From: the human T2T-CHM13v2.0 reference genome, Homo sapiens
Length of the DNA: 64,000 nucleotides
Strand: one strand, 5' to 3'
Assembly (NCBI RefSeq): GCF_009914755.1
Contig: NC_060937.1
The position numbers and the translations under genes were made by a program. Under the pieces are notes generated by a model. That model saw only the letters and a program-made list of their open reading frames with translations. It ran no database searches and was not told where the DNA came from. The stretch's first letter is position 1. Each line of letters starts with the position of its first letter. Of this stretch, positions 47,901-64,000 are shown piece by piece.

Positions 47901-49600
47901 AGAATTTGCAAGTGGACATTTAGAGCACTGTGAGACCAATGGTGGAAAAGGAAAAATCTTCACATTAAAACTAGACAGAAGCATTGTGACAAACTTCTTT
48001 GTGATGTGTGCATTCATCTCACAGAGTTGAAACTTTATTTTGATTGACCAGCTTTCATACTCTCCTTTTGTAGAATCTGGATGTGGACATTTTGAGCACT
48101 TTGAGGCCCATGGTGGAAAGGGTAATATCTTCACATAAAAACCAGACAGAAGCATTCTGACAAACTTCTTTTTGATGTGTGCATTCATCTCACAGAGTTG
48201 AACTTTCTTTTGATCGAGCAGCTTTGAAACACTCTTTTTGTAGAATCCGCAAGTGGACATTTGGAGCGCTTTTTGGTGTCTGGTGGAAAAATAAGTATCT
48301 TTACGTAATAACTAGAGATAAGCATTCTGACACACTTCTTTGAGATGTGTGCATTCATCTCACAGAGTTGAACCTTTCTTTTGATTGTGCAGTTTTGAAA
48401 CAATGTTTTTGTAGAATCTGCAAGTGGACATTTGGAGCGCTTTGAGGCCTATGGTGGAAAAGGAAATGTCTTCACATAAAAACTAGACAGAAGCATTCTG
48501 ACAAACTTCTTTGTGACGTGTGCATTCATCTCACAGAGTTGAAACTTTCCTTTGATTGAGCAGCTTTAAGCACCCTTTTTGTAGAATCTGCGAGTGGACT
48601 TTTGAAGCTCTTTGAAGCCTATGGTGAAAAAAGGAATATCTTCACATAAAAACTAGACACAAGAATTCTGACAAACTTCTTTGTGATTTCTTTATTCATC
48701 TCAGAGAGGTGACCCTTACTTTTGATTGAGCAGATTTGAAACACTTTTTTTGTAGAATCTGGAAGTGGACATTTGGGGCGCTTTGAGGCCTATGGTGGAA
48801 ACGGAAATATCTTCACATAAAAACCAGGCAGAAGCATTCTGACAAACTTCTTTGTGATGTGTGCATTCATCTCACCAAGTTGAACATTTCTTTTGATTCA
48901 GCAGCTTTGAAACACTCTTTTTTTTTTTGAATCTGCAAGTGGACATTCGGAGCGCTTTGTGTCCTATGGTGGAAAAGGATATATCATCACATAAAAACGA
49001 GATAGAAGCATTCTGACAAACTTGTCTGTGATGTGTGCATTCATCTCACAGAGTTGACCCTTACTTTTCATTGTGGAGTTTTGAAACACTGTTTTTGTAG
49101 AATCTGCAAGTGGATATTTGGAGTGCTTTGAGGCCTACAGTGTAAAAGGAAATATCTTCACAAAAAAACTAGACAGAAGCATTCTGACAATCTTATTTGT
49201 GATGTGTGCAATCATCTCACAGAGATTAACCTTCCTTTCGATTGAGCAGCTTTGAATCACTCTTTTTGTAGAATCTGCAAGTGGATATTTTGAGCGCTTT
49301 GAGGCTTATGGTGGAAAAGGAAATACCTTCACATAAAAACTAGACAGAAGGATTCTGACAAAATTCTTTGTGATGTGTGCATTCATCAGAGAGTTGAACC
49401 TTACTTTTCATTTAGCAGTTTTGAAACACTCTTTTTGTAGAATCTGCAAGTGTACATTTGGGGCGCTTTAAGGCCTTTATTGGAAAAGGAAATATCTTCT
49501 TATAAAAACTATACAGAAGCATTCGGACAAAATTTGTGATGTGCGTTTTCATCTCACAGAGTTAAAACTTTCTTTTGATTCAGCAGTTTTTAAACACCCT
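44984..49600 (+). repeat. Alpha satellite, same monomeric layer in the opposite orientation
   Basis: GCATTCTGACAAAC, CCTTACTTTT and GAGCAGCTTTG are the reverse complements of the variants in the block to the left. Confidence 0.92.
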
Positions 49601-49871
49601 TTTTGTAGGATCTGCTAGGGGACATTTGGAGCGATTTGAGGCCTATGGTGGAAAAGGAATTATCTTCACATAACAACTAGACAAAAGAATTCTGAGAAAC
49701 TTCTCTGTGATGTGTGTGTTCATGTCACTGAGTTGAACCTTTCTTTTGATTGAGCAGTTTGGAATCTCTTTTTGTAGAATCAGCAAGTGGACATTTGGAG
49801 GTCTTTGTGGCTATGGTAGAAAAGGATATATCGTCACATAAAATCTAGACAGAAGCAATCGGATAAACTTG
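49601..49871 (+). repeat. Alpha satellite, start of the dimeric layer
   Basis: AGAATTCTGAG monomer followed by an AAATCTAGACAGAAGCAATC monomer, cut by the L1. Confidence 0.8.
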
Positions 49872-53420
<3,549 letters not shown>

Positions 53421-53421
<1 letters not shown>

Positions 53422-56400
53422 AGGAACTTCTTTGTGATGTGTACATTCATTTTACAGAGTTAAAACTTTATTTGATTGAGCAGTTTCGAAACTCACTTTT
53501 TGTAGCATCTGCAAGCGTACATTTGTAGCACTTTGCATCTTGTGGTAGAAAAGGAAATATCTTCACATAAAATCTACATAGAAGCAATCTGAGATACTTC
53601 TTTGTGATGTGTGCATTCATCTCACAGAGTTAAAACTTTCTCTTGATTGAGGAGTTTTGAAACCCTCTTTTTGTAGAATCTGCAAGTGGACATTTGGAGC
53701 GCTTTGTGGCCTATGGTGGAAAAGTTAATATTTTCACATAAATAATAGACAGAAGAATTCTGAGAAACTTCTTTGTGATGTATGCGTTCATCTCACGGAT
53801 TTGAAACTTTCTTTTGATTGAGCAGGTTGGAAACACTCTTTTTGTAGAATCTGCAATGGACAATTGGAACGCTTTGCGTCTTATGGTAGAAAAGGAAATG
53901 TCTTCACATAAAATCTAGAGAGAAGAAATCTGAGACTTATTTGTGATGTGTGCTTTCACCTCAGAGAGTTAAACTTTTCTTTTGATTTAGTAGTTTTGAA
54001 ACACTCTTTTTGCAGAAACTGCAAGTGGAGATTTGGGGTGCTTTGGGGTCTATGGTGGAAAAGGAAATATCTTCACATAAAAACTTTACAGAAGAATTCT
54101 GACAAACTTCTTTGTGATGTGTGTGTTCATCTCACAGAGTTGAGCGTTTCTTTTGATTCGGCAGTTTGGAAAAAATCATTTGTAGAATCTGCAAGTGGAC
54201 ATTTGGAGCGTTTTGCAGCCAAAGGTAGAAAAGGAAATATCTTCATAAAAAACCTAAACAGAAGCAATCTGAGAAACTTCTTTGTGATGTGCGTTTTCAT
54301 CTCACAGAGATAAACCTTTCTTTTGATTGAGCAGTTTTGAAACTCTCTTTTTGTAGAATCTGCAAGTGGACATTTGGAGCGCTTTGAGGCTTTTGGTGGA
54401 AAAGGAAATAACTTCACATAAAAACTAGACAGAAGAATTCTGAGAAACTTCTTTGTGATGTGTGCGTTCATCTGACAGAGTTGAACTTTCTTTTGATTGA
54501 GCAGTTTGGAAACACTCTTTTTATACCATCGACAAATGGACATTTGGGGCGCATTTGGGCCTATGTTAGAAAAGGAAATATCTTCACATGCAATCTAGAC
54601 GGAAGCATTCTGAGAAATTTCTTTATGATGTGTGCGTTCATCTCACAAAGTTGAACATTTATTTTGATTGAGCACTTTGGAAACACTCTTTTTGTAGAAT
54701 CCACAAGTGGACAATTTGGAGTGCTTTGCGGCCTTTGGTAGAAAATGAAATATCTTCAACTAAAATCTACACAAAAGCAATCTGAGAAACTTCTTTGTGA
54801 TGTGTGCATTCACCTCAAAGAGATAAACCTTTCTTTTGATTGAGCAGTTTTGAAACTCTCTTTTTGTATAATCTGCAAGTGGACATTTGGAGTGCTATGA
54901 GGCCTATGGTGGAAAAGGAAATATCTTCACATAAAAACTAGACAGAGGAATTCTGAGAAACATCTTTGTGATGGGTGTGTTCATCTCACAGAGTTTAACG
55001 TTTCCTTTGACTGAGCAGTTTGGAAACACTCCTTTGTAGAATCTGCAAGTGGACATATGGAGTGCTTTGCAGCCTATGGTAGAAACGGAAATATCTTCAC
55101 ATAAAACCTAGACAGAAGCAATCTGAGAAACTTCTTTGTGATGTGTGCTTTCATCTCACAGAGTTAAACCTTTCTTTTGATTGAGCAGTTTTGAAAATCT
55201 CTTTTTGTGGAATCTGCATTGGACATTTGGAATGCTATGAGGCCTACGGTGGAAAAGGAAATTACTTTGTGATATTTGTGTTCATCTCACAGAGCTGAAA
55301 CTTACTTTTGATTGAGCAGTTTGGAAACACTGTTTTTGTAGAATCTGCAAGTGGATATTTGTAGCGCTTTGTGGCATGAGGTAGAAAAGGAAATATCTTC
55401 ACCTAAAGTCTAAACAGAAGCAACCTTAGAAACTTATTTGCAATGTGTGCATTCATCTCACAGAGTTAAATCTTTCTTTCGATTGAGCAGTTTTGACACT
55501 CTCTTTTTGTAGAATCTGCAAATGGACATTTGGAGCGCTTTCAGGTCTATGGTGGAAAAGGATATATCTTCACATAAAAACTACACAGAAGAATTCTGAG
55601 AAACTTCTTTGTGATGTATGCATTCATCTCACAGAGTTGAACCTTTATTTTGATTGAGCAGTTTGGAAGCACTCTTTTTATAGATTCTGCAAGTGGACAT
55701 TTGCAGCGTTTGGTGGCCTATGGTAGAAAAAGAAATATCTTCACATAAAATCTAGACAGAAGCAATCTGAGAAACTTCGTTGTGATGTGTGCATTCATCT
55801 CACAGAGTTAACACTTTCTTTTGATTGTGCAGTTTTGAAACTCTCTTTTTGTAGAATCTACAAGTGGACATTTGGAACGCTTTGAGGCCTATGGTGGAAA
55901 AAGAAATATCTTCAAGTGAAAACTAGACAGAAGAATTCTGAGAAACTTTTCGTGATGTGAGCATTCATCTCACAGAGTTAAACCTTTCCTTTGATTGAAC
56001 AGTTTTGAAAATATCTTATTGTAGAATCTACAAGAGAACATTTGGATCGCTTTGAGGCTTTGTTAGGAAAGGAAGTATCTTCACATAAAATCTAGACAGA
56101 AGCAATCTGAGAAATTTCTTTGTGATGTGTGCATTCATCTCACAGAGTTAAACATTTCTTTTTCTTGAGCAGTTTTGAAACTCTGTTTTTGCAGAATCTG
56201 CAAGTGGACATTTGGAGTGCTTTAAGGCCTATGGTGAAAAAAGGAAATATCTTCACATAAAACTAGATAGAAAAATTCTGAGAAACATCTTTGTGATGCG
56301 TGCGTTCGTAACACAGAGATGAACCTTTCTTTTGATTGAGCAGTTTAAAAACACTCTTTATTTAGAATCTGCACGTGGACATTTGGAGTGCTTTGCAGCC

Positions 56401-59400
56401 TATGGTAGAAAAGGAAATATCTTCATATAAAATATAGAAACAAGCAATCTGGGAAACTCCTTTGTGATGTGTGCATTCATCTCACAGGGTTAAAATTTTG
56501 TTTTGATTGATCAGTTTTGAAACTCTTTTTTTGTAGAATCTGCAAGTGGACTTTGGAGTGCTTTGAGGCATAAGTTGGAAAAGGAAATATCTTCACATAA
56601 AAACTAGACAGAGGAATTCTCAGAAACTTCTTTGTGTTGTGTGCGTTCATCTCACAGAGTTGAAACTTTCTTTTCATTGTGCCATTTGGAAACACTCTTT
56701 TTGCAGAATGTGGAAGTGGACATTTAGAGGGCTTTGTGGCCTATGGTAGAAAAGGAAATATCTTCACATAAAATCTAGACAGAAGCAATCTGAGAAACTT
56801 CTTTGTGATGAGAGCATTCATCTTACAGAGTTAAACCTTTCTTTTGATTGAGCAGTTTTGAAACTCTCTTTTTGTAGAATCTGCAAGTGGACATTTGGAG
56901 TGCTTTGAGGCCTAAGGTGGAAAAGGAAATATCTTCACATAAAAACTGGATAGAAGCATTCTGAGAAACTTATTTTTGATGTGTGCATTCATCTCTCATA
57001 GTTTAACCTTTATTTTGAAGGACCAGTTTTCAAACACTCTTTTTGAAGAATCTACAAGAGGACATTTTGAGCGCCTTAAGGCCTATGGTGGAGAAGGAAA
57101 TATCTTCAAATAAATACCATATAGAAGAATTCTGGGAAACTTCTTTGTGATGTGAGCATTCATCTCACCGAGGTGAACCTTTCTTTTCATTGAGCAGTTT
57201 GGAAATACTCTTTTTGCAGAAGCTGCAAGTGGACATTTGTAGTGCTTTGCGTCCTGTGGTAGAAAAGGAAATACCTTCACATAAAATCTAGAGAGAAGCA
57301 ATCTGAGAAACCTGTTTGTGATGTGTGCACTCATCTCACAGAGTTCAACTTTTATTTTGATTGAGCAGTTTTAAAACACTCTTTTTGTAGAATCTGCAAG
57401 TGGACATTTGGATCACTTTGTGGCCTATGTTAGAAAAGGAATATCTTTGCATAAAATCTAGACACAAGCCATGTGAGAAACTTCTTTGTGACGTGTGCAT
57501 TCATCTCACAGGTTTAAACCTATCTTTTAATTGAGCAGTTTTGAAACTCTCTTTGTGTAGAATCTGCAAGTGGACATTTGGAGCGCTTTGAGGCCTATAG
57601 TGGAAACAGAAATATCTTCACATAAAAACTAGACAGAAGAATTGTGAGAAACTTATTTGTGATGTGTGCGTTAATCTCACAGATTTGAACATTTCTTTTG
57701 ATTGAGCAGTTAGGCAATGCTCTTATTGTAGAATCTGCAAGTAGACATTTGGAGTGCTCTATGGCCTATGGTAGAAAAGGAAATATCTTCACATAAAATC
57801 TAGAAAGAAGTAATCTGAAAAAGTTTTTTGTGATGTGTGCATTCATCGCACAGAGATAAACCTGTCTTTTCATTCAGCAGTTTCGAAACTCTCTTTTTGG
57901 AGAATCTGCAAGTGTACATTTGGAGCGCTTTGAGGCCTATGGTGGAAGAGGAAATATGTTCACATTAAAACTAGACAGAAGAATTCTGAGAAACTTCTTT
58001 ATGATGTGTGCATTCGTCTCACTGAGTTGAATCTTTCTTTTGATTGAGCAATTTGGAAACAATCATTTGTGGAATCTGCAAGTGGACATTTGGAGCGTTT
58101 TGCATCCTGTGGTTGAAAAGGAATTATCTTCACATAAATTTTAGACAGAAGCAATCTGAGAAACTTCTTTGTGATGTGTGTGTTCATCTCACAGAGTTGA
58201 ACCTTTGTTTTGATAGAGCAGTTTGGAAACACTCTTTTTTTAGAATCAGCAAGTGGACATTTGGAGCGCATTGCGGCCTATGTTAGAGAAGGAAATATCT
58301 TCACATAAAATCTAGAGAGAAACAATCTGAGAAAGTTCTTTGTGATGTCTGCATTCAGCTCACAGAGTTGAACCTATCTTTTGATAGAGTAGTTTTTAAA
58401 CTCTCCTTTTGTAGAATCTGCAATTGCACATTTTTGCGCTTTGCAGCATATGTTAGAAAAGGCAGTATCTTCACATAAAATCTAGACAGAAGCAATCTGA
58501 GAAACTTCTTAGTGATATGTGCTTTCATCACACTGAGTTGACACTTTCTTTTGACTGAGCAGTTTGGAAACACTCTTTTGTAGAATCTGCAAGTGGACAT
58601 TTTGAGCGCTTTGTGGCCTATGGTAGAAAAGGAAATATCTTCAACTAACATCTACACAAAAGCAAAGTGAGAAACTTCTTTCTGATGTGTGCATTCATCT
58701 CACAGAGTTAAACCTTTCTTTTGATTGAGCATTTATGAAACTCTCTTTTTGTAAATTCTACAAGTGGACATTTGGAGCGCTTTGAGGACTATGGTGGAAA
58801 AGGAAATAGCTTCGCATAAAAACTAGAGAGAAGAATTCTGAGAAACTTGTTTGTGATATGTGCGTTCATCACACAGAGTTGAACCTTTCTTTGAATTGAG
58901 CAGTTTGGAAACACACTTTTTGTACAACCTGCAAGTGGACATTTGGAGCGCTTTGAGGCCTGTGGTGGAAAAGTGAAAATCTTCACATTAAAAACTGGAT
59001 AGAAGAATTTTGAGAAACTTCTTTGTGATGCGTGGTTTAATCTCACAGAGTTGAACATTTCTTTTGATGGAGCAGTTTGGAAACACTCTTTTTGTAGAAT
59101 CTGCAAGCAGACATCTGGAGTGCTTTTGGGCCTATTTTAGAAAGGGGAATATCTTCATATAAAAACTAGACAGAAGAATTCTGAGAAACTTTTTTGTGAT
59201 GTGTGCATTCATCTCACAGAGTTGAACCTTTCCTTGAATTGAGCGGTTTTGACACTCTCTTTTTGTAGAACCTACAAGTGGACATTCGGAGCTCTTTGCG
59301 GCCTCTGTTAGAAAAGGAAATATCTTAACATAAAATCTACATAGTAGCAATCTCAGAAACTTCCTTGTGATGTGTGCATTCATCTCACAGGGTTAAACTT

Positions 59401-62400
59401 TTCTTTTGATGGAGCAGTTTTGAAACTTTCTTTTTGTAGGATCTGCAAGTGGACATTTGCAGCACTTTGAGGCCTATGGTGGAAAAGAAAATACCTTCAC
59501 ATAAAAACTAGACAGAAGAATTCTGAGAAACTTCTTTATGGTGTGTGCATTCATCTCACATACTTGAAACTTTCCTTTGGTTGAGCAGTTTGGAAACCCT
59601 CTTTTTGTTGAATCTGCAAGTGGACCTTTGGAGCGCTTTGATGCCTATTGTGGAAAAGGAAATATCTTCACATAAAAACTATACAGAAGAATTCCGAGAA
59701 ATTTCTTTGTGATGTGTGCGTTGATCTCACAGAGTTGAACCTTTCTTTTGATTCAGCAGTTTGGAAACACTCTTTTTCTAGAATCTGCAAGTGGACATTT
59801 GGAGCACTTTGGGGCCTGTTGCTAAAAGAAATATCTTCACATAAAATCTAGACAGAAGCAACCTGAGAAACTTCTTTCTGATGTGTGCGGTCATCTCACA
59901 GGGTTGAAACTTTCTTTTGATTAAGCAGTTTGGAAACACTCTTTTTGTAGCATCTGCAAGTGGACATTTGGAGCACTTTGAGGCCTGTGGAGGAAAAGCA
60001 AAAATCTTCACATGAAAACTAGTCAGAAGAATTTTGAGAAACTACTTTGTGATGCGTGCGTTAATCTCACGGAGTTGAACATTTCTTTTGATTGAGCAGT
60101 TTGGAAACACTCTTTATGTAGAACCTGCAAGCAGACATTTGGAGCGCTTTTGGGCCTATTTTAGAAGGGAATATCTTCACATAAAAACTAGACAGAAAAA
60201 TTCTGAGAAACTTCCTTGTGATGTGTGCATTCATCTCACAGAGTTGAACCTTTCTTTGAATTGAGCAGTTTTGAAACTCTCTTTTTGCAGAACCTGCAAG
60301 TGGACATTTGGAGCGCTTTGCGGTCTCTGTGAGAAAAGGAAATATCTTAACATAAAATCTACACAGTAGCAATCTGAGAAACTTCGTTGTGATGTGTGCA
60401 TTCATCTCACACAGTTAAAACTTTCCTCTGATTGAGCAGTTTTGAAACGCTCTTTTTGTAGAATCTGCAAGTGGACATTTGGATCGCTTTGCTGCCTACG
60501 TTAGAAAAGGAAGTATCTTTACATAAAATCTAGACAGAAGCCATAAGAGAAACCTCTTTGTGTTGTGTGCATTCATCTCACAGAGTTAAAGCTTTATTTT
60601 GACTGAGCAGTTTTGAAACTCTCTTTTGGTAGAATCTGCAAGTGGACATTTGGAGTGCTTTGAGGCCTATGGTGGAAAACGAAATATCTTCACATAAAAA
60701 CTAGACCGAAGAATTGTGAGAAACTTCCTTGTGACTTGTGCTTTAATCTCACAGATTTTAACATTTCTTTTGATTGAGTAGTTAGGCAACGCTCTTATTG
60801 TAGAATCTGCAAGTGGACATTTGGAGCGCTTTGTGGCCTATGGTAGAAAAGGAAATATCTTTACATAAAATCTAGAAAGAAGCACACTGTAAAAGTTTTT
60901 GTGATGTGTGCAGTCATCTCACAGATATAAACCATTCTTTTGATTGACCAGTTTTGGAACTCTCTTTTTGCAGAATCTGCAAGTGGACATTTGGAGCGCT
61001 TTGAAGCCTATGGTGGAAGAGGAAATATGTTCACATAAAAACTAGACAGAAGAATACTGACAAACTTCTTTGTGATTTGTGCATTCATCTCACTGAGTTG
61101 AGCCTTTCTTTTGATTGACCAGTTTGGAAACAATCTTTTTGTAGACTCTGCAAGTGGACATTTGGAGCACATTGCATCCTGTGGTTGACAAGGAAATATT
61201 TTCACATAATTTGTAGACAGAAGCAATCTGAGAAACTTCTTTGTGATGTGTGTGTTCATCTCACAGAGTTGAACATTTATTTTGATAGAGCAGTTTGGAA
61301 ACACTCTTTTTGTAGAATCTGCAAGTGAACGTTTAGAGTGCTTTGCGGCCTCTGTTAGAAAAGGAAATATCTTCACATAAAATCTAGACAGAAGCAATCT
61401 GAGAAACTTCCTTAAGCTGTGTGCATTCATCTCACAGAGTTAAAAGTTTCCTTTGATTGAGCAGTTTTGAAACTCTCTTTTTGCAGAAACTGCAAGTAGA
61501 AATTTGGAGCACTTTGAGGCCTATGGTGGAAAAAGAAATATCTTCAAATAAAAACTAGACAGAAGAATTCTGAGAAACTTCTTGGTGATATGTACGTTCA
61601 ACTCACAGAGTTGAACCATTCTCTTGATTGAGCAGTTTGGAAACACTCTTTTTGTAGAATCTGCAAGTGAACATTTGGAGTGCTTTGCAGCCTATGGTAG
61701 AAAAGGAAATATCTTCACATAAAATCTAGATGGAAGCAGTCTGAGAAACTTCTTCGTGATGGGTTAATTCACCTCACAGAGTTAAAACTTTCTTTAGAGT
61801 TAAAACTTTCTTTAGATTGAGCAGTTTTGAAACTCTCTTTTTGTAGAATCTACAAGTGGACATTTAGAGCACTTTGAGGCCTATAGTGGAAAAGGAAGTA
61901 CCTTCACATAGAAACTAGACAGAAGAATTCCAAGAAACTTCTTTGTGATGTGTGCGTTCCTCTCATAGAGTTGAACCTTTCTTTGGATTGAGTAGTTTGG
62001 AAACACTCTTTTTGTAGAATCTGCAAGTGGACTTTTGGAACGCTTTATGGCCTATGGTAGAAAAGGAAATATCTTCACATAAAATCTAGGCAGAAGCAAT
62101 CTGAGAAACTTCTTTGTGATGTGTGCATTCATCTCACATAGTTAAAGTTATCTTTTGATTGAGCAGTTTTGAAACTCTCTTATTGTACTATCTGCAAGTG
62201 GACATTTGGAGAGCTTTGAAGCTTATGGTGGAAAAGGAAATACCTTCATATAAAAATTAGATAGAAGCATTCTGAGAAACTTCTTTGTGATGTGTGCATT
62301 CATGTCCCAGAGATAAACCTTTCTTTTGAAGGACCAGTTTTGAAGTACTCTTTTTGTAGAATCTGCAAGCGGACACCTTGAGCGCTTTGAGGCCTATATT

Positions 62401-64000
62401 GGAAAAGGAAATATCATCACATAAAAACTAGACAGAAGAATTCTGGGAAACTTCTTTTTGTTATGGGCGTTCATATCTCTGAGTTGAACTTTTCTTTTGA
62501 TTGAATGGTTTGGAACACTCTTTCTGTAGAATCTGCAAGTGGACATTTGGAGCACCTAGCGACTTAAGGTGGAAAAGGAAATATCTTCACATAAAATCCA
62601 GACAGAAGCAATCTGAGAAACTTCTTTATGATATGTGTATTCATCTCAAAGGGTTAACCCTTTCTTTTGATTGAGCTGTTTTGAAACTCTCTTTTTGTAG
62701 AATCTGCAATTGGACATTTCTATCGCTTAGAGGCCTATGGTGGAACAGGGTATATCTTCACATAAAAACTAGACAGAAGAATTCTGAGAAACATCTTTGT
62801 GATGTGGGCATTCATCTCACAGAGTTGAACCTTTCTTTTGATTGAGCAGTTTGGAAATACACATTTTGGACTCTGCAAGTGGACATTTGGAGCGCTTTGC
62901 GGCCTATGGTAAAAAAGGATATATCTTCACATAAAATCTAGACAGACGTAATTTGAGAAATTTCTTTGTGATGTGCACATTCATCTCACAGAGTTCAACA
63001 TTTCTTTTGATTTAGCAGTTTAGAAACTCTCTTTTTGTAGAATCTGCTGTTGGACATTTTGAGCCCTTTGAGGTCAGTGGTGGAAATGGGAATATCTTCC
63101 CATAAAAACTGGACAGAAGAATTCTGAGAAACTTCTTTGTGATGTATGTGTTCATCTCACAGAGCTGAAACTTTCCTTGGATTGAGCAGTTTGGAAACCC
63201 TTCGTTTGTACAATCAGCAAGTGGACACTTGGGTCACTTTGCACCCTATGGTAGAAAAGGAAATATCTTCACATAAAATCTAGACAGAAGCAATCTGAGA
63301 AACTTCTTTGTGATGTGTGCATTCATCTCACAGGGTTAAACTTTTCTTTTGATGGAGCAGTTTTGAAACTTTCTTTTTGTATTATCTACTAGTGAACATT
63401 CGGAGCACTTTGAGGCCTATGGTGGAACAGGAAATACCTTCACATAAAAACTAGACAGAAGAATTCTGAGAAACTTCTTTGTGGTGTGTGCATTCATCTC
63501 ACATACTTGAAACTTTCCTTTGGTTGAGCAGTTTGGAAACCCTCTTTTTGTTGAATCTGCAAGTGGACTTTTGGAGGGCTTTGCAGCCTATGGCAGAAAA
63601 GGAAATATCTTCACATAAAATCTAGACAGAAGCAATATGAGAAACTACTTTTTGATGTGTGTTTTCACCTCACAGATTTAAAGCTTTCTTTTGATTGAGC
63701 AGTTTTGAAACTCTGTTTTTGTAGAATCTGAAATTGGACATTTGGAGCATTTTGCGGCCTGTGGTAGAAAGGGAAATATCTTCACGTAAAATCTGACAGA
63801 AGCAATCTGAGAAGCTTCTTAGTGTTGTGTGCATTCATCTCACAGACTTAAACCTTTCTTTTGATTAAGCAGTTTTGAAATTCTCTTTTTGTAGAATCTT
63901 CAAGTGGACATTTGGAACACTTTGATGCCTATTGTGGAAAAGGAAATATCTTCACATAAAAACTATACAGAAGAATTCTGAGACATTTCTTTGTGATGTG
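53421..64000 (+). repeat. Alpha satellite, dimeric layer with patchwork multi-monomer duplications
   Basis: Alternating ATCTAGACAGAAGCAATCT / ACTAGACAGAAGAATTCT monomers to the window end; A-box only. Confidence 0.95.

Noticed and set aside
48791-48810. Possible CENP-B box (GGAAACGGAA)
   Set aside because: It lacks the TTCG half and the CGGG; it is a point variant of the A-box.

Overview
This is primate, very probably human, pericentromeric heterochromatin with no cellular genes; an AluYa5-lineage Alu and L1PA2/L1PA3-type LINEs are present. About 43 kb is divergent ~171-bp alpha satellite with A-box (pJalpha-type) monomers and no CENP-B box that I could find. It falls into at least three monomer layers and switches strand three times: across the satellite block at 9.9-22.3 kb, at ~32053 and at ~44986. 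Three retroelements are inserted: a dead 5'-truncated L1PA2-like LINE-1 (1527-6779), an AluYa5-like SINE (34990-35295) and a twin-primed, 5'-inverted L1PA3-like LINE-1 (49872-53421). The most unusual structure is a 12.3-kb (CATTC/CACTC)n HSat3-like block that is really a composite satellite. It carries 24 identically truncated ~56-bp Alu 3'-end fragments, each with a fixed linker and separated by variable pentamer tracts, with a left-to-right gradient in spacing and sequence variants. All non-L1 ORFs in the track are repeat-translation artefacts. Alpha-satellite strand convention: + = ...GAAGCATTCTGAGAAACTTCTTTGTGATG.... All alignments and counts were done by eye, so layer boundaries are approximate.
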